This document shows positions 9,225 through 18,676 of a stretch of 42,743 bases of DNA, one piece after another (the stretch's first letter is position 1; each line of letters opens with the position of its first letter). This DNA is from a bacterium (GTDB lineage: Bacteria; Hinthialibacterota; Hinthialibacteria; Hinthialibacterales; Hinthialibacteraceae), in NCBI GenBank assembly GCA_041946805.1, contig JBHGBC010000038.1:1-42743 (forward strand), written 5' to 3'. The notes beneath the pieces are model-generated. The model had not been told where the DNA came from and did no database searches. It saw only the letters and a list, made by a program, of their open reading frames with translations. The position numbers were made by a program, and so were the translations under genes.

Positions 9225-10757
9225 TCAGGAAGCCACTTTTTTCGACAAGCGGTGGCAGGCCTCCCGGATTCCCGGATAGAGGGAATGATACACCTGATAG
9301 TAATCATTGTATTCCCGCACGCGCGCCGGATCGGGATCGGTCCGTTCCACCACGGTGAGGATGGCGTCGCAGGCCTCGGGGATCGATTGATACACACCAG
9401 TGCCCACGCCCGCCATGATGGCCGCCCCAAACGCGGGCCCTTGGTCCGAGCCGAGAGTGGTGATTTCGCACCCGAAGACATCCGCCTGCATTTGCTTCCA
9501 GAACGCGCTTTTCGCGCCGCCGCCGGTGGCCCGCACCTCGTCGATGCGCACACCCAGCGACCGCACGATTTCCAGTGAATCGCGCATGGCGAAGGTGATC
9601 CCCTCCAGCACCGCGCGCACCAAATGGCGGCGTTGATGGCGGATCGTCAGGCCGAGGAAGCCGCCCCGCGCGTAGGGATCTTTCAAGGGAGTCCGTTCGC
9701 CCGTCAGGTAAGGCAGAAAGATGAGACCCTCGCTGCCCACCGGCGATTCCTGGGCCAGCCGGGTCAAAACATCGTAAGGATCCTTGCCCGTCTTGCCGCC
9801 TTCGGCGCGTTCCGTATCCGCGATCACGTCCCGGTACCAGCGCAGCGACATCCCCGCCGACAGCACCACGCCCATCAGGTACCACAAGTTGGGGACCGAG
9901 TGGCAGAAGGTGTGCGCGCGGCCTTCGGGATCGGTCTGCGGCGTCTTGGATGGAGCCAAAATCACCCCGCTGGTCCCGATGGACGACAGCACCCGGCCTT
10001 CGACCACGACTCCGGTGCCCGTCGCCCCGCAGGCGTTGTCCGCCCCGCCGCCCACCACCGGAGTGCCGGCCTTGAGTCCGGTCAGGTTGGCTGCTTCCGG
10101 GGTAATCGTCCCGCACACGTCGGTGGATTCATGCAATTTCGGCATCCACTCCCCGGGGATGCCCAGTTGCTCCAGGATTTCCCGGCTCCAGGTCCGCTTT
10201 TTCACATCGAACAGCAGCGTGCCCGCGCCGTCCGAAACCTCCATGGCCATCGCGCCGGTCAGCCGGAAGCGGACGTAATCCTTGGGCAGGCAGAGAGTCC
10301 GCGTGCGTTTGAAATTTTCCGGTTCCTTGTTTTTCAGCCATACCGCCTTGGGCGCGGTGAAGCCGGTCAGCGCTGGATTCGAGGCCAGTTCGATCAAATG
10401 ACGTTCGCCGATGATCCGTGTGATCTCATCGCATTCGTCCGCCGTGCGGCTGTCGTTCCAAAGGATTGCGGGGCGGACCACTTGGTTCTTCTCGTCGAGG
10501 AACACCGATCCGTGCATCTGCCCGGAGAGCCCCAGGCCCTTCACCTCGCCCGCGGGCACGCCGCTCTGCCCCAACACCGCCTGGATCGATTTCACCGTGG
10601 CCTGCCACCAGTCCTCCGGATCTTGTTCCGTCCAGCCGGGATTGGGCGTATGCAGAGGATATTCAATCGTCGCGCTGGCCCGCGCGTTTCCCGCTTCGTC
10701 GAACAAAACCGTCTTGGTCCCCGAAGTCCCCACGTCGATGCCGATCAGATAGGCCAT
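9225..10757 (-). CDS. xylB: Xylulokinase (FGGY family)
   Basis: IGIDVGTSGTK, EQDPEDWW, GLSGQMHG, ILWNDSR, GFTAPK, LPYLTGERTP, GGGAKS. Confidence 0.93.
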   Translation of the reverse strand: MAYLIGIDVGTSGTKTVLFDEAGNARASATIEYPLHTPNPGWTEQDPEDWWQATVKSIQAVLGQSGVPAGEVKGLGLSGQMHGSVFLDEKNQVVRPAILWNDSRTADECDEITRIIGERHLIELASNPALTGFTAPKAVWLKNKEPENFKRTRTLCLPKDYVRFRLTGAMAMEVSDGAGTLLFDVKKRTWSREILEQLGIPGEWMPKLHESTDVCGTITPEAANLTGLKAGTPVVGGGADNACGATGTGVVVEGRVLSSIGTSGVILAPSKTPQTDPEGRAHTFCHSVPNLWYLMGVVLSAGMSLRWYRDVIADTERAEGGKTGKDPYDVLTRLAQESPVGSEGLIFLPYLTGERTPLKDPYARGGFLGLTIRHQRRHLVRAVLEGITFAMRDSLEIVRSLGVRIDEVRATGGGAKSAFWKQMQADVFGCEITTLGSDQGPAFGAAIMAGVGTGVYQSIPEACDAILTVVERTDPDPARVREYNDYYQVYHSLYPGIREACHRLSKKVAS

Positions 10758-10943
10758 GGTTTATCCTTTTCCCCTATCATGGTTTGGTCGTGATGCTGCG
10801 ATTCAAAAGCACAATCCTACCCCCGAAGGGAGTCAGGCGGGCGAAGAAACGCAATTCCGCCCGGCCTTTCTCCCCTCTCAGGTGTAGAAAATATCGAGGT
10901 GAAAACGTATCGGTATTTAAGGAAACCCTTTTACCCATTCGAA

Positions 10944-10986
10944 AGGGATTCCTTCTCCCTAAACCTCTCCCAGAGGGAGAGGGGAT
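10944..10986. repeat. Copy C of the CCTCTCCC/GGGAGAGG intergenic palindrome
   Basis: agggattccttctccctaaacctctcccagagggagaggggat; 35 of 43 positions identical to the core of copy A. Confidence 0.7.
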
Positions 10987-11106
10987 TAGATGGTTTCGTA
11001 GTCCAATTCCAATATTTAAATCCTTTGCCAACTCATTTCGTCTCGTCGGCGGTAGAGAGTAGCGATATGCAACTATTGATCCGTAAGCAGTAGAAACAAT
11101 GTATAC

Positions 11107-11190
11107 CGCCCCTTCAGGGCTAAGAATGATCGCGTTTCCTCTCCCCAGGGCTTGCGCCCTGGGCTATTTTCATGCCGCGCCGTTGGCGCT
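11107..11190. repeat. REP/REPIN-like triple-hairpin element
   Basis: CGCCCCTTCAGGGCT ... CCCAGGGCTTGCGCCCTGGG ... CGCGCCGTTGGCGCT, an outer-inner-outer palindrome layout like extragenic repeats associated with RAYT (Y1) transposases. Confidence 0.6.
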
Positions 11191-11340
11191 TAAACAACAA
11201 CCATTCTTTTCGGCAAATAACTTCACGGAAAAAAAGATTTTCCTTATGTCCCTCTGACATAAGATACGTTACATTACCACAAAATCGGCGATCCACGCAA
11301 TATCGCCGGAATGGGCGGCCCGGCCAGTCTTGCCCGCGGA

Positions 11341-14300
11341 TCACTCCGTGCCTTCGCCATACGTCACCGGACCGGAATGCGTGAAGGGCCCGTAATAAGG
11401 GGGCGTTCCACTCGTCCGGATGGGGAAAACGGAAAAACGGTACGTGTTGCCGAATTGCGGTCCGGTCTGGAAGTCCTTGCCCAGATTCGGCGCGCCTTCC
11501 TTCCACTCCAGGCGGTCCGCGGTGGCGGAACCGGTCCGGCCCAGGTATTTCGCGTCCGCCCCGTTGACCGAGACGTACACATGAAACTCGGCCACGTCCG
11601 GGAAGGAGAGGCTCCACCGAATGGCCAATTCTCTCCGCCCGGCGGGATCGGTGTCTTCGCTTCCGCTCAGGTCCTTGCCCGAATCCGTGTTATCGGTCAC
11701 GATCACCGTGCCGGGGGCAGGTCCGGGCGTGGGGGAAGGTGTCGGCGTGGGCGTGGGTTCGATGGGCTTTTCTTCCAAGAACAGGATCGTGTATTTCGTC
11801 ACGATGGAAACCGGCGCCCGTCCCGGGAGCAGGCCGAACACCCCGAAGCGGTACGAATCGCCGAATCGCGGGCCATCCTGGAAAGGTTCGCTGAGGTTGG
11901 GCCCCTCCGTCCGCCATTCGTAGAAGGACACATCGCCCCGTCCCGTCCGGCCCAGGTAGAGATCCGGACCGCCGTTCACTTGGACATACAGGTGAAAATC
12001 GTAGAAGCCCGATTCCAAAAAATTCCAGCGGATGGCGAGCGCCCGGTCGGCGGCCAAATCACGGTCCACCGAGGCTAGCAGGTTTTGAGTGGATTGCAGG
12101 TCATCGGTCACGATCGCGTTGTCCGGTGGGATGAAAATCAACACCGGCGTCGGGGTGGCCGTGGGCGTGGGCGAGGGCCCGGGAGTTCCCGGTCCCTGAT
12201 AAAAGACCTCGCCGGCCGCGCGGATCATGACCGGCGGTTGGTTATCCCGGATGCCGAAGATAAGGAACAGGTAGGCGTTGCCGAATTGCGGGCCTTCGGA
12301 AAACATCCGTGAGAGCGCCGGATTCTCCGCCCGCCAATCCAGGAAGGTCACCGAGCCGCTGCCCGAGCGCCCCAAGTAGAACGGGGTCGATCCGTTCACT
12401 TGGACGTACACGTGATAATCCACGTATCCCGGCCCGGTGATGTTCCACCGGATGCCCAGCGCCCGGTCCGTTTCCTCATCCGAGTCGAACGTTCCCACCA
12501 GGTTTCCGGTGGTGTACAGATCGTCGGTCACCACGACCGTGTTGTCCGGGACCGGCGCCACCACGGGCGTCCGGGTCGGCGTGAGAGTCGGCGTGGGCGT
12601 GAGCGTGGAGGTTTTCGTGGGCGTCAGAGTCGGCGTTGGGGTCAGCGTGGGCGTGGCCGCCGCGATGCTGTCGTAAAAGACCGATCCGGCCGTGACCGCC
12701 ACGACAAACGGCTGGTTTTCGAACAACGCGAAGACCAGGAACGTGTACCGGTTGCCGAACTGCGGCTCGTTCCATTTGAAATACGTCACCGCTCCGCTGC
12801 CCGTGCGGCCAAGGTAGATTTGGTTGCCCTCGTTGATCTTCACGTAGACGTGATAGTCCACCACGCCCTCCGCGGGGATGTTCCAGCGGATTCCCAGGGC
12901 CCGTTGATCGAGGGGATCGAGGTCATAGCTCCCCACCAGGTTCTCGGTCGATTGCAGATCGTCCGTGACGATGACCGTGTTGGGCGGAACCTCCACCGGA
13001 ACGGGTGTGGGGGTCGGTGTGGGCGTATTTGTCGGCGTATATGTGGCCGTGGGTGTGGGGGTTGGCGTGCGCGTGAACGTGGGCGTCCGGGTCGGCGTGG
13101 CCGTGGGAGTGTTCGTGGCCGTTGGAGTCGCCGTGGCGTCCACCCAGGGCGACAGGTCCCAGATCCGCAGGGAACCGTCGAGGCTGCCGGTCAGGAAATG
13201 GCGGCCGTCGGGCGAGAACGCCGCGGCGGTGACCGTGCCGGCGTGGCCGGCGTAGGAATCGACCATAGAGGCCTTTTCCAGGTCCCATATCTGCGCCGCC
13301 CGTTCTCCAGCCACGAGAATCCACGGCTTGGCCGGAGCGCAGGAGACCGCGTTCAACGCAATGCCGGTGGTGATCGTCAACAGGGGCGCGCCGTCGGCCA
13401 TCGCCCAGCTCTGGATGTTGCCATTTTCCAAGGCGGCCACGATCTGGTTGTCCCCGCTGGTGATCGAGACCGCGCGTACCGCCACGCCGCTGACCACCAA
13501 CGAGCGGATTTCGGTTCCCGTTTTAAGATTCCATAGTTTGACGTTGCCGTCGCGGCCGCCGCTTACCAGGGTGTGGCCGTCCGCTGAAACCGCCAGCGAG
13601 AACACCTCCCCGGCGTGCCCGCGTAAAACGCGAGTCCCCGTTCCGCTGGGAATATCCCACAGGGTGATCGCGCCGTCTTCGCCGCCCGTGATGACCGGGC
13701 CGCCGTTGGGAACAACCGCCACCGCGTTCACTCCCGAATTCAGCCCCAGGAAGATGCGCTCCGCCGCGCCGGTGGCCGCGTTCCACAAAACGGCCAGGCC
13801 GTCCGCGCCGCCTGTGACGACATGGGCGCCATCGGAAGAAAAAGCCACCGAGCGGATTTCGCCGTTATGCGCGCCTCGTAACCGGAGCAAAACCGTGCCC
13901 GACGCCGCGTCCCAGATGCGCGCCTCCGTCCCGCCCCCGGTGACAATCGTAAGGCCATCCGGCGAATAGGTCGCGCTGTTCACCGGGCGGGTATGGCCTT
14001 CCAGGGACCGCGTCACCACGCCGGTATCGACCGCCCAGAGGACCAGCGCATCGTTTTCATCGGCGGCCAGCAGGGTGTCCCCATGGGGAGAAAAATCGAG
14101 GGACAGGATCTTGCTGGTTTCCGAGCCGAAGGTTTGGATCACATTGCCGGTATCGAGGTCCACCAGTTGGGCTCCGCCCGATCCGCCTAGCGCCAGGCGC
14201 CGGCCGTCGGGGGTGAAATCCACCGATTCCACCAAGCCCCCGCCGTAGGTGGCCAGTACCGCGCCGGAAGCGATGTCCCACAGCTTGGCCGTGGTGTCCA

Positions 14301-16605
14301 GGCTGCCGGTGGCGATGCGGTCGCCATCCGGCGCGCAGGCCACCGAACGCACCGCCCCGTTATGGCCGATGAAGGTTTTCTGGATCGCGCCGGTCTCCGC
14401 GTCCCATAGTATGGCGGTGTTGTCCCGGCTGCCCGTCAGGACGGTTTGGCCGTCCGGATCCGCCGCCACCGCGTTGACCGCCCCGTTGTGGCCGGAGAAG
14501 GTCACCAGGGCCTGGCCGGTTTCCGCATCCCACAAGCGGACCGTGCGGTCTTCGCTCCCGGTCACCAGCCGGCTGGCGCCGGGCAGAAACGCCACGGCGT
14601 TCACGGTACCGGCATGCCCCCGGAAGACGCGCAACGGCTGGCCCGCCGCCACGTCCCACAGCAACGCCGTGCCATCCTGGCTTCCGGATAGCAACTTCGA
14701 GCCATCCGCCGAGAACGCCACCGAAGTCACCGCGCCGGTATGTCCGCTCAACGGCCGCACTGGTTCGTCCACATTCAACGGCCATAGATACACGATGGAG
14801 CCGCCGGCGCTGGCGATGTATTTTCCATCCGGCGAATAAGCCGCCGCGCTCAAAGGCCCCAGGCCCAGAATCCGTTCTCCCGAAGGGCCGTTCAAAGCCG
14901 GAACCGTCACGGCGCCGGGAAGAGGGGTGGCGGACGGCGTGGGAGTGGGGGTATAGGTAGGCCCGGTGGCGGGGCGTCCGTCGGAGAAAAATACCGACAG
15001 CAGGTAATCGCGCACCACCTCGAATGAAGCGTCCACCGGCCGCTTGACCACGAGGTACAGCGTCCCCGCCGATTGAATGGTCAGCCGCGCCTCGGGGAAT
15101 TCCTCGTCCGCGCTGGACGCCAGTTTCTGTCCAAGGCTGTTGTAGATTTCGATCCGCGCGTCCCGGTCCACGCTGGTGCCCGGGCTGAGCGTGCCGGTAA
15201 GTTCGCGCCCCAGGTCGGCATTGACCACCCGGATGGAGTACCAATCCTCCGCGTCGGCGAACGATTCATACATGGTGGTTCCCGCCGGATCGAACGAGGA
15301 CAAGGCCCCCAGCACCGGCAAGCCCGCCTGAATGGCCTGGCTTTGCTCCCGCTGGTTGTTCGGTTCCACTTCCTGAACCGCCTTGCCCTGGGCCAGCCAC
15401 GAATAGGCGTTGTGCTCCTGGATTGCCTGGTCCAGCAAGGCCTGCGCTCCGGCGTAGTTGTACCGTGCGTAATAATGGGCGATGAACGCTTTCTCCGGCG
15501 CGGGCAGGTCCGGATACACCACGTTGTAGGGGAACGAATCGCTCAGAAACGTATTGAGGAAATAACTGCTCCAATTCGACTTCGCGTAATCCTCGCCCCC
15601 ATGCCGGAAGGCGCGCGGCTGAGGCGGGAGTCCCTGCACCGACGGCCAGGCGAGCCAATCGATCAGGTAATCGGACGCCGCGCCCGCGGTGGAATGCATA
15701 TAAGCCGCGTCCGGCTCGATCAGGCCGATCAAGTGGCCCAGTTCCCGCTGGAAAAAGGCGCTGGCGGGATAAGTGAACACCTGTTCGGGTTCCGGTGTTT
15801 CCGTCGCGTCTTCGATTTCGCCCGGCGCGGCGGGGATCAGCCGGTAGAAGATTTCGTTGGGGAAGACGATGCCGTAGGGGTTGCCCGGCGGGCGGCGCAG
15901 GATGGCGGTAGGCGCTCCCTCGTCCGTCAGGGGCAAAAAGGCCTGCAGGTGTTTATAATCGTGGCGGAACTGAAAGATCGTGGAATCGCCGCTCCAGGCC
16001 CCAAACAACGTCGCCTGTGAAATATAGCCGTCCAGTTCGGAGGGGAACGGCACGGCTTCCATCACCACGTGCTGGCTGTTATCGGAGACTTCCCGAAACT
16101 CCAATCCTACGTGCTCCAATGCGGCGTTGTACATGCCCACGCAGCGCCGCAGTTCGTCTTCCAACGCCTGTGTTTCGGCCGCCGTGTACGCGCCGCTTTG
16201 GGTGAATCCCGAAAAATCGATTTTGTACCGGCACTCGCGCAATCCGTCGCCGTCAGTGTCCGTCCGGTTGTCCGCGATGGGGATATAAAACGAAGGCCAC
16301 CGGTAGGCGTTTTGCGGGCTCATGCCCGTGGGGATATCCCAGAATTCCGGAACCGCCAGACGGGGATCGGCCGCCGGTTTTTCCCCCTTGGCCGGCCGCG
16401 AGAAACGTTCACGCAGATACTCGGTCGTCCGCGATTGAATGCCGGGGGGAAGGGGATTCTCCGGGGAGGGAATGTTCCACGCGATTTCCTGGGCGGAAAC
16501 GGCAAGGACCGATCCCTCCGTAAGCCACCCAGCCATCAATACCAACCCAATGATCCACGCGCCATAGACACACCAAAATCCACGTACGGTACGCCGATTC
16601 ACCAT
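11341..16605 (-). CDS. Large secreted modular protein: degenerate metzincin-like domain, PPC domain, 14 WD40 repeats, four copies of an unrecognised beta-rich domain, Pro/Thr linkers
   Basis: N-terminal signal-like hydrophobic segment; RELGHLIGLIE; EVEPNN...DAEDWYSI (PPC-like); 14 countable GH...WD-type repeats; four VTD[DN]...R.L[GA]IRW...[YF]H[VL]YV..N...YLGR[TS]G...P[QR]FG..Y.F units separated by (TP)n linkers. Confidence 0.9.
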   Translation of the reverse strand: MVNRRTVRGFWCVYGAWIIGLVLMAGWLTEGSVLAVSAQEIAWNIPSPENPLPPGIQSRTTEYLRERFSRPAKGEKPAADPRLAVPEFWDIPTGMSPQNAYRWPSFYIPIADNRTDTDGDGLRECRYKIDFSGFTQSGAYTAAETQALEDELRRCVGMYNAALEHVGLEFREVSDNSQHVVMEAVPFPSELDGYISQATLFGAWSGDSTIFQFRHDYKHLQAFLPLTDEGAPTAILRRPPGNPYGIVFPNEIFYRLIPAAPGEIEDATETPEPEQVFTYPASAFFQRELGHLIGLIEPDAAYMHSTAGAASDYLIDWLAWPSVQGLPPQPRAFRHGGEDYAKSNWSSYFLNTFLSDSFPYNVVYPDLPAPEKAFIAHYYARYNYAGAQALLDQAIQEHNAYSWLAQGKAVQEVEPNNQREQSQAIQAGLPVLGALSSFDPAGTTMYESFADAEDWYSIRVVNADLGRELTGTLSPGTSVDRDARIEIYNSLGQKLASSADEEFPEARLTIQSAGTLYLVVKRPVDASFEVVRDYLLSVFFSDGRPATGPTYTPTPTPSATPLPGAVTVPALNGPSGERILGLGPLSAAAYSPDGKYIASAGGSIVYLWPLNVDEPVRPLSGHTGAVTSVAFSADGSKLLSGSQDGTALLWDVAAGQPLRVFRGHAGTVNAVAFLPGASRLVTGSEDRTVRLWDAETGQALVTFSGHNGAVNAVAADPDGQTVLTGSRDNTAILWDAETGAIQKTFIGHNGAVRSVACAPDGDRIATGSLDTTAKLWDIASGAVLATYGGGLVESVDFTPDGRRLALGGSGGAQLVDLDTGNVIQTFGSETSKILSLDFSPHGDTLLAADENDALVLWAVDTGVVTRSLEGHTRPVNSATYSPDGLTIVTGGGTEARIWDAASGTVLLRLRGAHNGEIRSVAFSSDGAHVVTGGADGLAVLWNAATGAAERIFLGLNSGVNAVAVVPNGGPVITGGEDGAITLWDIPSGTGTRVLRGHAGEVFSLAVSADGHTLVSGGRDGNVKLWNLKTGTEIRSLVVSGVAVRAVSITSGDNQIVAALENGNIQSWAMADGAPLLTITTGIALNAVSCAPAKPWILVAGERAAQIWDLEKASMVDSYAGHAGTVTAAAFSPDGRHFLTGSLDGSLRIWDLSPWVDATATPTATNTPTATPTRTPTFTRTPTPTPTATYTPTNTPTPTPTPVPVEVPPNTVIVTDDLQSTENLVGSYDLDPLDQRALGIRWNIPAEGVVDYHVYVKINEGNQIYLGRTGSGAVTYFKWNEPQFGNRYTFLVFALFENQPFVVAVTAGSVFYDSIAAATPTLTPTPTLTPTKTSTLTPTPTLTPTRTPVVAPVPDNTVVVTDDLYTTGNLVGTFDSDEETDRALGIRWNITGPGYVDYHVYVQVNGSTPFYLGRSGSGSVTFLDWRAENPALSRMFSEGPQFGNAYLFLIFGIRDNQPPVMIRAAGEVFYQGPGTPGPSPTPTATPTPVLIFIPPDNAIVTDDLQSTQNLLASVDRDLAADRALAIRWNFLESGFYDFHLYVQVNGGPDLYLGRTGRGDVSFYEWRTEGPNLSEPFQDGPRFGDSYRFGVFGLLPGRAPVSIVTKYTILFLEEKPIEPTPTPTPSPTPGPAPGTVIVTDNTDSGKDLSGSEDTDPAGRRELAIRWSLSFPDVAEFHVYVSVNGADAKYLGRTGSATADRLEWKEGAPNLGKDFQTGPQFGNTYRFSVFPIRTSGTPPYYGPFTHSGPVTYGEGTE

Positions 16606-16726
16606 GATGGCTCCCTCGTCCCTGATTAATGAACATATTAAACCAGTATGATTCTTCTATGGATCAGGCATCCAGTCAAGTGAAATTTAATTTGACAAGG
16701 CGTAAATACGGGAAAAATCAGCGGGA

Positions 16727-17662
16727 TTAATCCAGGGATTGCAGGGCTTCGATGATTTCCCGGCCTCCCGATTTCCAAACGCTCTCCGCCAGACGGCGGC
16801 CGGCGCCTTCGGGATCATCGATCCCGGCGGTTTGGCGCTCCCGGATGAGTTGGGTCCCGTCCAGCGAGGAAACCAGCCCATGCAGGGTGAGGCTGCCTTT
16901 CTCCACCACCGCGTACGCGGCGATGGGGACTTGGCATCCGCCTTCCAGCGTGGCCAGGAACGCCCGTTCGGCCCGCGCGCCCGCTGCCGCCGCTTCGTCG
17001 TGGATGATCCGCAGCAATGCCCGCGTACTTTCGTCATCCCCGCGGGCTTCGATGGCCAGCGCGCCCTGCGCGGGCGCGGGCAACATCTCCTCGATCGGCA
17101 GGACACCGGCGATCCGGCCGGTCCATTCCATGCGCCGCACTCCGGCCTCGGCCATGATCATCGCGTCCCAGTCCGATTCCTGGTATTTCCGCAGGCGGGT
17201 GTTCACGTTTCCGCGGAGATCCACCACCGTGGCGTCGGGCCGCGCCGCCAACACCTGCGCGCGCCGCCGCAAGCTGCCCGTGGCGATGGTGGGATGAGCG
17301 GGGAGTTCTTTCAGGCAACACCCTGTCCGCGCCAGCAGGGCGTCGAAGGGGGAATCCCGTTCCGGCACGGAGACGATCGCCAGCCCGTCCGGCAAACGCG
17401 TGGGCAGGTCTTTGTAGCTATGCACGGCGAAATCGATTTCCCCCGCCAGCAGCGCGTTCTCGATTTCCTTGGTAAAGATTCCTTTGCCCCCCAGCTGCAC
17501 CAAGGGTTTGTCCAGAATCTTGTCGCCGGTCGTGTGGATGACGGCGATTTCGACCGCCGCGTCCGGCATCTTTTCCGACAACAAGGTTTGCACCCGCCGA
17601 GCTTGCCACATCGCCAGGGGACTGCCGCGCGTGCCGAGCCGGAAAGGGGGAGAGGTGTTCAT
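16727..17662 (-). CDS. hemC: Hydroxymethylbilane synthase (porphobilinogen deaminase)
   Basis: GTRGSPLAMWQA, TTGDKI, GKGIFTKEIE, AVHSYKDLP, TGSLRR, LRGNVNTRL, PAPAQGAL, LEGGCQVPI. Confidence 0.97.
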   Translation of the reverse strand: MNTSPPFRLGTRGSPLAMWQARRVQTLLSEKMPDAAVEIAVIHTTGDKILDKPLVQLGGKGIFTKEIENALLAGEIDFAVHSYKDLPTRLPDGLAIVSVPERDSPFDALLARTGCCLKELPAHPTIATGSLRRRAQVLAARPDATVVDLRGNVNTRLRKYQESDWDAMIMAEAGVRRMEWTGRIAGVLPIEEMLPAPAQGALAIEARGDDESTRALLRIIHDEAAAAGARAERAFLATLEGGCQVPIAAYAVVEKGSLTLHGLVSSLDGTQLIRERQTAGIDDPEGAGRRLAESVWKSGGREIIEALQSLD

Positions 17663-18676
17663 TTACGCCGTGGGGGACGAGGCCAGGCTCGTCCGGCTCG
17701 CCGTGATATCCGCTTCCTCCGCGATCTTGCGCGCCAGGAAGCGGAGGAAGATCGGATCATCGTTCAGGCAGGGAATATGGTGATATTCCGTCATTCCCAG
17801 GTTGTTCAAGACGGTCCTGCCCTCCAGTTGGGTTTCGGCGTTATCCGCAAGAAATCCGAAGGGATAATAAACGAACTGCCGGACGCCCAGCTCGAGCATG
17901 GCCTTGGCCGATTCCTCCAGCGTGGGCCGCGTCCATTCGCCGCCCAGGCGGTGATTCAACCAGCCGATGCCCACGGCCTGGAACTCCGGGGCCAATAGTT
18001 CTTCCAGGTCGTCGTACATTTGTTTGGTATCGCAATATCCGGCGTCCTGGATGCCCGGTGGCGGGATCATGACCGTGCCATGGCAGCCCAAGAGCAGCCC
18101 GGTCTCCTTTTTTTGCGCGCCGCTGAGGCCCCTTCGCGCCACCTGTTCCCGCAGATAGTCCGCCGACACCGCCGCCAGTTCCCGGTGGCACGCCCGGAAA
18201 GTGACCAAGCCCGGCTCGGGCAGCGGCCGGCCGTGCTTTTCCTGAAACCGGTGGTAATCCCGCCGCGAGATGCCCGTGGTAAAATCGGAAATCGGCAGAT
18301 AGAGAGGAACCAACACGATCTTCTCCGGATTCTGGGTCCGGAGGGAGGCCAGGATGTCTTCCAGGGAAGGATCGCGGAACTCGAAGGCCACACTCAGCCG
18401 CCATTCTTGTCCATAGGCGTTTTCGGTCAAAACTTCCCGTAACCCTTGAGTCTGCCGTTGGGTGATTGTTTCCAGGGGGGAACCATAGTTCCGTTCCCGC
18501 CAGAGACGCATCCGCGTGTAACCCCGGTAGGCGCCCAGCAGTGGGACCACGAATTTCGGAATCGGCGCCACCAGCCGGGTCAATTTGTTCAAAATCCGGT
18601 TCGAATACCGCCATTGTTCCCGGAACGCCGATTTCTCGGGTTCTCCGTAGGTCAACAGGATCACATCGATCGTCAT
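17663..18676 (-). CDS. hemH: Ferrochelatase (divergent HemH/CpfC family)
   Basis: LLTYGEP, YGSPL..IT..Q, LVPLY, catalytic His in LGCHG, WTRP, PFGFLADNAETQLE, IPCLNDDP. It overlaps the hemY stop and abuts hemC. Confidence 0.85.
   Translation of the reverse strand: MTIDVILLTYGEPEKSAFREQWRYSNRILNKLTRLVAPIPKFVVPLLGAYRGYTRMRLWRERNYGSPLETITQRQTQGLREVLTENAYGQEWRLSVAFEFRDPSLEDILASLRTQNPEKIVLVPLYLPISDFTTGISRRDYHRFQEKHGRPLPEPGLVTFRACHRELAAVSADYLREQVARRGLSGAQKKETGLLLGCHGTVMIPPPGIQDAGYCDTKQMYDDLEELLAPEFQAVGIGWLNHRLGGEWTRPTLEESAKAMLELGVRQFVYYPFGFLADNAETQLEGRTVLNNLGMTEYHHIPCLNDDPIFLRFLARKIAEEADITASRTSLASSPTA

Noticed and set aside
11700..13140. CRISPR-like or tandem DNA repeats
   Set aside because: The GGCGTGGGCGT-type runs encode (Thr-Pro)n linkers in an open frame; there are no constant repeats with unique spacers.
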